A stretch of 64,000 nucleotides of DNA, taken from Candidatus Latescibacterota bacterium (GTDB lineage Bacteria > Latescibacterota > UBA2968 > UBA8231). The stretch is taken from positions 2,336,001-2,400,000 of the forward strand of contig OZ252098.1 in the NCBI GenBank assembly GCA_965248355.1. Direction: 5' to 3'. Each line of letters begins with the position of its first letter. Position 1 is the stretch's first letter. The notes under the pieces are model-generated. The model saw nothing but the letters and a program-made list of their open reading frames with translations, searched no databases and had not been told where the DNA came from. Of this stretch, positions 56,234 through 64,000 are shown in pieces. The translations under genes were made by a program, and so were the position numbers.

Positions 56234-57748
56234 TCAGACGAAGCGGTACCCGTACAGCCGGGCGGCCCCGTAGAGCCAAAAGCGCAGCTTGAAGCGGTTG
56301 CGGCCGATGCCGTCCAGGCCCTTCCCGCCCCACTCCACCGGCCGGCGGAGTCCATCGACGCAGATGTCGCCGCAGTCCTCGCACCCGAACCCGGGGAGGG
56401 GCTCGCCGGAGTCGGCGTCGAGGACCTCCACCTCCACCCAGCTGCGGTCGTTGCGCACGTCGCCGACGTTCACCGTGAGGCGGGTCGAGCGGTCGGTGAG
56501 CTGCAGGGGCGTGGTGGTGGCGTGGCCCGGGGTCTCGCGGTCGGGAGTCTCCAGGCAGGTGAAGCCGTCCTCGCGCAGGGTGGCCAGACCCATGCGCATC
56601 ACCCGGGCGCCGCCGCTGCCCAGCTCGTTGCGGAACTCGGGGCTCTGGTTCTCCGGCGGCCAGCTGGTGAAGTCCTCCCCCGCCCCGCCGTAGAACAGGT
56701 GGATCGTCCCGTCCTTGACCGCCGGCTTGTCGGTGATCACCAGCAGGCCGCCGTCCCACTCGTTGTGGGCGCCGCGGGCGATCACCTTCTGGTGGGGGTT
56801 CACGCGGTCGAAGCGGAGGCCGTCGCCGCTGACGGCCAGACGGATGTCGGCGGCGTACATGCCGTAGAGGCCGTAGCGGTTGGGCACGTACCAGCCGTAC
56901 TCGTAGGCCATGATCCACGCCCCGCCGTAGGGCGACATCATGATGTGGTGGTCCTCGTACTCCAGGCCGTCCGCCGGCGAGATCAGGGGGTTCTCCCCGG
57001 CCCGGCGGAAGTGCTCGATGTCGGGGCCGTAGGCCAGCATCTTGGCGCGCCCCAGCCCCTGGTACTTGTTGGCATGGCGCTTGATGTCCGGCTTGTCGAA
57101 GGGGACCACCTCCTGGAAGACGGCCTTGTAGCGCCGCGAGGGATCGGGGTCCTGGTCGTCGCGCACGAGGACGCCGATGTCGGGCGGTCCGCTCTTGACC
57201 CACTCCGGCAGGTCGATGCGGGGGCCCTCGGTCCAGTGGATGCCGTCGGGCGAGTAGTTGGCCCGGGCGCCGATGGCCACGTACTCGGGGTCGCGCTGGC
57301 CGACGGGCATCGGCTTGGAGAAAGGCCGCTTGATCCCCTTGAAGCGCTTCGCCGGGTCCGGCTCGGCGTCGTCCTTGATGATGGGGCCCCGGCCGTCGAG
57401 GACGATGTTGTTCCTCTTGCTGCCGTTGTACTCGTGCAGCCCGAGGGCGGGCTTGTGCCAGTTGACGCCGTCCTCGCTCTCGGCGTAGCCCATGGCCCAC
57501 CAGCGCCGGGTGGTGATGTCGGAGCCGGCGTACCAGGCCTTGAAGAGCCCGTCCTCCTCGTCGTAGAGCACCGTGGGCGAGGACCAGGGCCCGCAGTGGG
57601 TGGAGTCCCACTCGTGCACGTCGCCCAGGGGCAGGACGGGGTTGAGGGGATGCTTCTCCGCCTCGCACACGGTCTGATCCACGTGATGGGTGGACTCTAC
57701 CCGGTCCATGAGCAGAAAGCCGTCGCCGCTGCCTCGGTTGGTGTTCAT
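56234..57748 (-). CDS. GH32/GH43-like five-bladed beta-propeller protein
   Basis: KHPLNPVL, FKAWY, YAESEDGVNWHKP, SPDGIHW, LREDGF; ATGA overlap with upstream gene. Confidence 0.7.
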   Translation of the reverse strand: MNTNRGSGDGFLLMDRVESTHHVDQTVCEAEKHPLNPVLPLGDVHEWDSTHCGPWSSPTVLYDEEDGLFKAWYAGSDITTRRWWAMGYAESEDGVNWHKPALGLHEYNGSKRNNIVLDGRGPIIKDDAEPDPAKRFKGIKRPFSKPMPVGQRDPEYVAIGARANYSPDGIHWTEGPRIDLPEWVKSGPPDIGVLVRDDQDPDPSRRYKAVFQEVVPFDKPDIKRHANKYQGLGRAKMLAYGPDIEHFRRAGENPLISPADGLEYEDHHIMMSPYGGAWIMAYEYGWYVPNRYGLYGMYAADIRLAVSGDGLRFDRVNPHQKVIARGAHNEWDGGLLVITDKPAVKDGTIHLFYGGAGEDFTSWPPENQSPEFRNELGSGGARVMRMGLATLREDGFTCLETPDRETPGHATTTPLQLTDRSTRLTVNVGDVRNDRSWVEVEVLDADSGEPLPGFGCEDCGDICVDGLRRPVEWGGKGLDGIGRNRFKLRFWLYGAARLYGYRFV

Positions 57749-58806
57749 CGCAATGCCATTTCGGTGTAGTCCTCCTTGCACAGCGGAAAACGGTGGACCC
57801 GCATCCTCCGGTCCCGCGAGGTCATGAAGATCCCGTGGGAGGTGGCCCAGTCGCCGATGTTGCGTTCCGGCATCTGCAGGATGCGCCCCGGCGCGTGCAC
57901 GTCGAAGGAGAAGTCCACCAGCTCCTGCATCGTGTGCAGGCTCCGGAACCGGTCCCGGTGCGCGGCCACGTACTGCACCCGGTTCTGCGAGTTGTAGTAG
58001 TAGGGGCCCTCCCACCACTCCGGATTGGCCGCCCGGGACGGCGCCTGCAGGTCGGGGTGCTGCCAGTGGTTGGTCTCGATCACCATTCCCCCCTCGGGCT
58101 CGACGAAGGCGATGTTCTCCGATTCCAGCTCGAAGCCCACCATGTTTCCCGCCGCGTCCACGGCCACGCCGGTGATCCCCTTGATGCCGGAGAGCCGGTA
58201 CTGGTCGAGGAAGTGGCGCACGTCATCGCAGTCGGCGCAGTGCTGGGCGAGGAGATGGATGGTGAAGTAGAGGTTGACGTGCTCCGGGTTCTGGGTGCGG
58301 TTGAACCGGCGGTGCCCGGAGGCCGTGCCCAACAGCAGGCCGGCGTCGTTGACGGCGGTCCCCACTACGACGTTGTACCACTCCCGGACGCCCACGAACC
58401 CGTGGGGGCGGAGGTCGGGCAGCCCCACCAGAACCTTGTCCTTCACGAACTTCCTCACCTTCTCCACCGACCCCGTGTCGTAGGTCCTGAGCATGGCCGG
58501 CCCGTCGTCGAGCAACGCCAGCCCGAAGGCCGTGCATCCCTGCAGCTCGACGCCCGTGTGGTAGAGGTGCAGGTAGTAGGCATGGTCGAAGTCGAGGCCC
58601 GCCGCCTCGCCGTAGGCCTCGATCTGCTCCATCAGGTCGGGGAACTCGCGCCGCATGAAGGCCATGTTCCGCCGGAAGTAGGGGTCCGCGAAGTCGTGAG
58701 GCTGCTGCAGCCGCTTTTCCAGCTCCCCGCGCACCAGCCCGGGGTCCACCAGTCCCAACGCCCGTCCCACCTCGGCCGGGCTGCCCCTGAAGGTGTGCTT
58801 CTCCAC
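57745..58806 (-). CDS. Peptidase C45 / Ntn-hydrolase
   Basis: GTG start after GGGAGG; GCTAF nucleophile site, VNDAGL, ETNHWQ, SQNR. Confidence 0.78.
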   Translation of the reverse strand: MEKHTFRGSPAEVGRALGLVDPGLVRGELEKRLQQPHDFADPYFRRNMAFMRREFPDLMEQIEAYGEAAGLDFDHAYYLHLYHTGVELQGCTAFGLALLDDGPAMLRTYDTGSVEKVRKFVKDKVLVGLPDLRPHGFVGVREWYNVVVGTAVNDAGLLLGTASGHRRFNRTQNPEHVNLYFTIHLLAQHCADCDDVRHFLDQYRLSGIKGITGVAVDAAGNMVGFELESENIAFVEPEGGMVIETNHWQHPDLQAPSRAANPEWWEGPYYYNSQNRVQYVAAHRDRFRSLHTMQELVDFSFDVHAPGRILQMPERNIGDWATSHGIFMTSRDRRMRVHRFPLCKEDYTEMALR

Positions 58807-58832
58807 GCCTGCCTCCCTATACCGGTCCGGCG

Positions 58833-59135
58833 CTACAGACGCGCATAGTAGATGATCTCCTTGCGCTCCATGTCGAAGCCCGCCTTCTCGTAGGCCCGCC
58901 GGGCCCCGGCCTGGGCCTCGTTCAGGCCGGTCCGCACCCGGGCGTAGCACAGGCCCGCCTCCCGGAAGCGGTCGAGGACGAAGTCGTACATCATCGTGCC
59001 GATGCCCCGCCCCTGGTACGCCGAGGCCACCGCGTTGAGGCCCAGCGTCCCCAGGCCCCGTTCCTCGTCGAGAAGGTACTGGATGAAGGCGACCACCTCC
59101 CCGCCCTCGCCCTTCTGCACAACGAAGATCCACTG
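58833..59135 (-). pseudogene. GNAT acetyltransferase, N-terminus deleted
   Basis: NAVASAYQGRGIGT, ARRAYEKAGF; begins abruptly at the junction with the Ldh gene. Confidence 0.75.
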
Positions 59136-59976
59136 ACTCGAACTCGGCCCGCGGCATGAAGGCCTCCACGTCGATGGCGATGCAGCAGTGGCTCAGGGCG
59201 CGGGTCTTGTCCCGCAGGTCCTCACCCGGGGGTGTGATGCCGCCGAGGAAGGCGGCGGCGCCGAGCACGCCGGTGAGGACCTCCACCAGGATGGCCAGTC
59301 CGGCGCCCTTGTGGCCGCCGATGGGCAGGGGCGTGCCGCCCACGAGGACGGCCTGCGGATCGTCGGTGGACCGGCCGTCGCCGTCGACCCCCTGCAGGCC
59401 GGCAGGGATGCGCTGGCCCTCGCGGATCAACTGCCGCAGCCGGCCACCCGAGATCGTCAGCGAGGCGTCGAAGAGGATGGGGAAGCCCGCCGCCGTGGGG
59501 ATGCCGAAGCCGAGGGGGCTGTTGCCGATGGCCCGTCCCCGGGCCCCGGGATAGCCCATTCCCGCCTTCGCCGCCTCCAGGCAATATGGCGCGGCCGCGA
59601 GAAAGTGGTTGTTGCGCACCGTGAGGACGATGCCGATCCCGCCCTCGCGCGCCTTCCCGATGGCCAGGCGCATCGCCTTCATGCAGCCCACCATGCCCAC
59701 CCCGTGGTCGCCCTCGATGACGGCGGTCATGCCGTGGTCGCTCAGGACGGGCTGATCGGGCGCGGCGCGGATGCGGCCCTCGCTCAGGCCCTTCAGATTG
59801 AAGTCGACCATGCGCAGGCCGTGGGTGGTGAGGCCGCGGATCTCCTGGCCGACGACGGCGGCGGCGATCGTCTCGGCGTCGTCCCCGGGAACTCCGGCGG
59901 CCTGGAAGAGGTCCCGCACGAACCTCTCCAGCCGGCCGGCGGGCACCCGGCTCTCGACCTGGGTCTCTGCTGTCAT
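59136..59976 (-). pseudogene. Ldh-2 (malate/L-lactate dehydrogenase-like) oxidoreductase, 3'-truncated with probable internal deletion
   Basis: RGLTTHG, NNHF, GNSP, PIGGHKGAGL, IAID; ends at FMPRAEF; AGMG|YPG lacks the usual intervening strand. Confidence 0.78.
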
Positions 59977-59994
59977 GGGGACAAGCCGGCGGAG

Positions 59995-60957
59995 CTACTG
60001 CCCCCGCGGCCGGTACCTGGGGGTGAAGGCGCGTCCGTGGAAGAGGGGCATGAGATCGTGGGGCACGTCATCGGTCCGCCCGAGCCATTCGGTGTTGCCG
60101 AACTCGTAGTCGGAGTGGACCATGCGGCAGAGCATGATGAGGCGTTCCCTGTCGCTCTGTATGGGGATGGTCCGGTGCATCAGGGGGCCGTCGGCGAAGA
60201 GCAGCACCGAGCCGCGCCGGGCACTGATCTCGTGAAAGAACTCGGAGTCCGGGTTGTCGGTGATGTACCTCTTCAGATCGTCGAAGGGGAGATGGATGCG
60301 GTGGCTCCCCGCGAAGATCCCGGTGCCCCCGTCGTCGGGGCCCACGTCGGTGAGGTAGAGGATCAGCCCGAGGATCGGCGTGTGGAACCAGCCGTTGGCG
60401 CAGACGGCCCGGTCCTTGTGGCGGCTCACGCCTCCGTGCCAGCCGAGGACGGGATTCTCCGAGCGCCGGTTGAAGCGCACGGCGAGAGAGTGGAACCGGA
60501 AGGTGCCGCCGAGCAGCTCGGTGGCGACGCCCAGCATGCGGGGCTTGGTGAGGACCGAGAGGAAGACGGGGTCGAGGCCGAGGACGCTCTCGATCTCCAG
60601 GCGGTCGAGGTGGAGGCCGCCCGCGGCGGTCCTCGTCCGGTTGCCGCGCCACTTCGCGCCGTCCCGGAAAGGGTGGTACTTCTCCGGCGGCGGCAGCGGC
60701 TCGAAGGGGGCGTCGCCGGCGGCCTCGAGCAGCTCCTCTTTCACTTGGCCGGCCACGCCTTCGATGGAGCCCAGCTCCTCCTCGGTGAACAGGTCCTCGA
60801 CGACGGTGTACCCGAAGAGCTCGAAGCGCATCCTCTGCTCCAGAGTCAGGACCGGGAAGGGATAGTCGTACTCCTTCTCCGGGACATCCGTGAACCCGAA
60901 GCCCGGATTCACCGGGTTGTAGGGGGCCTTCGGAGGGCCTTCCGCGGGGCTGGCCAA
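59995..60957 (-). CDS. PhyH-family Fe(II)/2OG enzyme with HGG in place of HxD
   Basis: FELFGYTVV, GWHGG, YLTDVGPDDGGT..GSH, GSVLLF..LMH, ER. Confidence 0.82.
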   Translation of the reverse strand: MASPAEGPPKAPYNPVNPGFGFTDVPEKEYDYPFPVLTLEQRMRFELFGYTVVEDLFTEEELGSIEGVAGQVKEELLEAAGDAPFEPLPPPEKYHPFRDGAKWRGNRTRTAAGGLHLDRLEIESVLGLDPVFLSVLTKPRMLGVATELLGGTFRFHSLAVRFNRRSENPVLGWHGGVSRHKDRAVCANGWFHTPILGLILYLTDVGPDDGGTGIFAGSHRIHLPFDDLKRYITDNPDSEFFHEISARRGSVLLFADGPLMHRTIPIQSDRERLIMLCRMVHSDYEFGNTEWLGRTDDVPHDLMPLFHGRAFTPRYRPRGQ

Positions 60958-60979
60958 GGCAAGGGCCTCCTTCCGTCCC

Positions 60980-62578
60980 TCAGTGCAGCAGGGTCAGCTT
61001 GTGGCTCTCAGCCTCCCCATCGACCGACACCACCAGAAAATACGTCCCCGAGGCCTGCAGCCGCCCCGCCTGGTCGAGCCCGTCCCAGACGAACTGGTAG
61101 GAGCCCGCCGGGCGCTCGGCCTCGGCGGCCAGCACCCGCACCCGCTGCCCCAGCTCGTCGTAGACCCGCACCGATACGGACGCCGGGTGGTCCAACTCGA
61201 AGGCGACGGTGACGGCGGCATTGGAGGGATTCGGGTACAGGCGCAAGGAGGAGGGTGTCGCTCCTGGAGTCGGCACTTCCTCCTCGGCTGCCGCCACGGC
61301 CGTCGGCACGAGGTCGCTGACGCCGCAGATGCGGCGCAGGAAGGAGAACACCCCTCCCACCCAGAAGGCCGACGGCGAATCCACCGTGACCACGAGGAGA
61401 TCACCCTCCGGCGTGAGAAGCACGTGTAAGGCTCCCATCGGTGCCTCCAGGGCCGGCCCTCCATCGCCCATGTTGTCTCTGCAGGTGTGCCGCGACAGCT
61501 GCTTTCCCGCCGCCACCGGTTTGCCCACACAGCCCCTGACGAACTCCGGATGAACCCCGTTGCCGGCGATGGTTTCGAGGACCCCGTCCATGCCCACGCG
61601 GTGGATGCGGTTGTATCCGTAATTGGCAATGTACAGCACGTCCCGGGCATCGATCACGAAGTCTGTGACTGCGAGAGGCGCTTCGGTCGCCGGTCTGCCA
61701 TTGGCGGCATAGTCCGGGGCCCGACGGACGACAAGATGGTTCTCGTCGCCCCAGTCAGATCCGGCGACGACCTCGAGCGTGCCGTCGTCGAGACGGCGAT
61801 ATACCTGTTGACCGTTGGAGAAGTACAGTCTCCCTTGAGCACCCAGCCTCAAGGTCCATACCACACGCTCCTCCAGGAGCCTGGAGATGACTCCTTGCGC
61901 ATCGATGCGCTGGATGCCTCCCTTCCCGGCGACGAGCAGATGGCCCCCGGGCTCGAAGAGCAGCGAAAGGTGGGGGGCAGACTCGACCCGGGCGGCAAAG
62001 GTGGTCACCTGTCCGTCGGCTTCGAGACGCGCGATGCGGGCCTCCGTCCTGCGCCCTCCTGTGACATAGTCGACGAAGTAGAGACGGCCTTCCCGGTCGA
62101 ACGTCATCGGCCCGGGTGCAATACGCGCGTCCAGGGCCGCCACGGTATCCTGGAGGACGTTCGTCTGCTGCAGCAGCGGCGCCCGCCAGACGTCGGCGTC
62201 GTCTTCCTGGACCGAGTACTGGGGCACGCCGACGAGGCGGGTGGCACTGCCGTCGGATTCGAGACGGTAGATGATCGTCGGGTCAGCCACATGGACGCGG
62301 CCCCGGGGTCCCAAGGCCAGGTACTGCGGATAGTAGCTGCGGTACTCCGGCCTGGCCACCAAGTCCCGGCCGCCGCCCACGTTGACCCGCTCGGCCGGGT
62401 AGATCTTGTAGTCGCGGAAGACGGCGATGTAGTCGCCGCCGTCCGGGGCGGTCACGGTGGTGATGGTCCCCGCCGGGCCGCACGGAGGCAGAGCCGAAAG
62501 GGGGAACACCGGGACCAGGAAGCCCAGACCGGAGAGGAGGACACAGTGCCGATGCCTGGCGGTCATGCTGGGTCTCAA
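60980..62578 (-). CDS. Secreted NHL-repeat protein with FlgD-Ig C-terminal domain
   Basis: Signal-like N-terminus, GRLYF repeats, ETIAGNG, GDGGPA, YPNPSN...WDGLD...SGTYF. Confidence 0.82.
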   Translation of the reverse strand: MRPSMTARHRHCVLLSGLGFLVPVFPLSALPPCGPAGTITTVTAPDGGDYIAVFRDYKIYPAERVNVGGGRDLVARPEYRSYYPQYLALGPRGRVHVADPTIIYRLESDGSATRLVGVPQYSVQEDDADVWRAPLLQQTNVLQDTVAALDARIAPGPMTFDREGRLYFVDYVTGGRRTEARIARLEADGQVTTFAARVESAPHLSLLFEPGGHLLVAGKGGIQRIDAQGVISRLLEERVVWTLRLGAQGRLYFSNGQQVYRRLDDGTLEVVAGSDWGDENHLVVRRAPDYAANGRPATEAPLAVTDFVIDARDVLYIANYGYNRIHRVGMDGVLETIAGNGVHPEFVRGCVGKPVAAGKQLSRHTCRDNMGDGGPALEAPMGALHVLLTPEGDLLVVTVDSPSAFWVGGVFSFLRRICGVSDLVPTAVAAAEEEVPTPGATPSSLRLYPNPSNAAVTVAFELDHPASVSVRVYDELGQRVRVLAAEAERPAGSYQFVWDGLDQAGRLQASGTYFLVVSVDGEAESHKLTLLH

Positions 62579-63918
62579 TGCAGCAAGGTCAGCTTGTGGC
62601 TCTCAGGCGTCCCATCGACCGATAGCACCAGAAAGTATGTGCCCGAGGCCTGCAGCCGCCCCGCCTGGTCGAGCCCGTCCCAGACGAACTGGTAGGAGCC
62701 CGCCGGGCGCTCGGCCTCCGCGGCCAGCACCCGCACCCGCTGCCCCAGCTCGTCGTAGACCCGCACCGATACGGACGCCGGGTGGTCCAACTCGAAGGCG
62801 ATCGTGACGGCGGCATTGAAGGGATTCGGCCACAGGCGAAGTGAGGGTAGTCTCCCTGCTTCAGCGCCATTCGCAGGCACCTCCTCCTCGACCGCCTCCA
62901 CCGCCGTGGCCACCATCCACTCGCGGACCCGGCAGATGCGGCGCAGCTGGGAGATGTCGCCCCCGAACCACGTTATGCCCCACGGCTGCATCCCTACGAG
63001 AAGATCGCCGTCCGGTGTCATCTGCAGCAGATGGGGCTCCCAGACCGGGGCATCCACCGCCGGGCCGCCGTCGCCGATATTGTCCAGGCATCTGGGAATG
63101 GGTATGCCCCCTGCCACCCGCTTCTCGGACGCCGCACAACCGGGTGACCCGCCGTAGCCCAACCCGTTGCCGGCGACGGTCTCGATGACGCCGTCGGGAC
63201 GGACCCGATGGACTCGGCGGAAGCGGTGATTGGCTATATACAGCGATCCGTCCGAGTCCAGAGCCAGGGCCGCCAAACCCCAGAAGGGAGCCTCGGTCGC
63301 CGGACCCCCGTTGGCGACATAGTACCCGCCAGGGCGCTCCTCCGACCACCGGCCTGCCAACGCGGCCTCGAGCATGGCCTTGTCGTCCTCCCACGCCGAC
63401 CCGGCGAGGTGCTCGACCGTGCCGTCGGCATTGCGGCGGAAGACCTGGTTACGCGACGTGAAATACAGTCTCCCCTGGTCATCCATTTGCGCTCGGTAAG
63501 CTGACACCATGGGCCCGGAGGGTGCGGGACATCTCCTTGGTCGTCAATGCGCCAGATCCCTCCAAGGCCCGACAACAGCAGATCCCCCTCGAGATCGAAG
63601 ACCAGCGAAGTCACCCAACCAAACGCCTCCGGACCGGCGAAGGTGACGACCCGACCATCGGTTTCCACGCGCGCAATGCGTGACACCGGCGTCGGACCAC
63701 CGACCCTGAGCACCTGCCACCCGTCGACATAGTCGACGAAGTACAGCCGCCCCTGCCGGTCGAAGGCCATCGCCGCCGGCGCAATACGGGCCTCCAGCGC
63801 CGCCACCGTGTCCACGAGGACATTCACCATCTGCAAAGGGGGTGGATGGTACCCGTCGTGGCCTGCTCCGCCGGCGTCATCATCAGGAAGATACTGAGGA
63901 ACACCGACGATGCGGCTA
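62575..63918 (-). pseudogene. NHL-repeat/FlgD-Ig paralog, IS-interrupted and frameshifted (~63525)
   Basis: Collinear with the 60980 gene up to SRIVGVPQY at ~63917, where the IS end begins. Confidence 0.8.
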
Positions 63919-64000
63919 GTGTCCCGTCCGAGAATTAAGAAGAATCAACAAGGGCTGTCCGATGTCGCCGCCACCGTCTCCCGAGCGCGCTGGATCTTGC
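63917..64000 (-). mobile_element. IS630-family element, right end (partial)
   Basis: TA target within CTAG followed by GTGTCCCGTCCGAGAATTAA terminal sequence; minus-strand ORF end KIQRARETVAATSDSPC* (stop 63945) resembles IS630 transposase C-termini. Confidence 0.7.

Noticed and set aside
50201..57769. 2522-aa plus-strand ORF and other long overlapping ORFs (e.g. 1436-4093, 9070-11892, 40588-44085, 50232-55955)
   Set aside because: Antisense or off-frame shadows of real genes in high-GC DNA; no recognisable motifs
57745..59976. 743-aa Ldh-C45 ORF as a genuine evolved fusion
   Set aside because: The middle is an out-of-frame GNAT sequence, and C45 has its own RBS and GTG start
60980..62830. 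Diversity-generating retroelement template/variable repeat pair
   Set aside because: Differences are not adenine-specific, both copies are coding ends, and no reverse transcriptase is in the window
1..64000. tRNA, rRNA or riboswitch genes
   Set aside because: None recognised in the short intergenic regions by eye; a covariance-model search would be needed to exclude small RNAs

Overview
GC-rich bacterial chromosomal window with about 50 protein-coding genes, most on the minus strand. I found no rRNA, tRNA, CRISPR array or intact integrase/transposase. Four PhyH dioxygenases, several eukaryote-like repeat proteins (ankyrin, WD40, NHL, LRR/PD40) and four proteins ending in an FlgD-Ig/T9SS-like C-terminal domain suggest an FCB-group organism such as Latescibacterota, possibly host-associated (inference only). 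The normally adjacent alpha-2-macroglobulin (50429-56080) and pbpC (1655-3994) genes are co-oriented but about 46 kb apart. The interval mixes metabolic genes with defence and toxin-antitoxin (TA) modules: four intact VapC-type TA pairs, MNT-HEPN, three orphan antitoxins, Fic, two of the window's three AAA+/DUF4143 ATPases (the third lies just past pbpC; all have palindromic operators), a Menshen-like DUF3696 ATPase/TOPRIM/DUF262 operon, a STAND NTPase with a C-terminal nuclease, and a type IIG restriction-modification gene. Several inserted modules are bracketed by short, diverged duplicates of neighbouring gene ends. One such junction carries an IS91/ISCR-like transposase remnant, which suggests repeated duplication-generating insertion followed by decay. 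An IS630 end interrupts the last gene. Several frameshifts may be sequencing errors.
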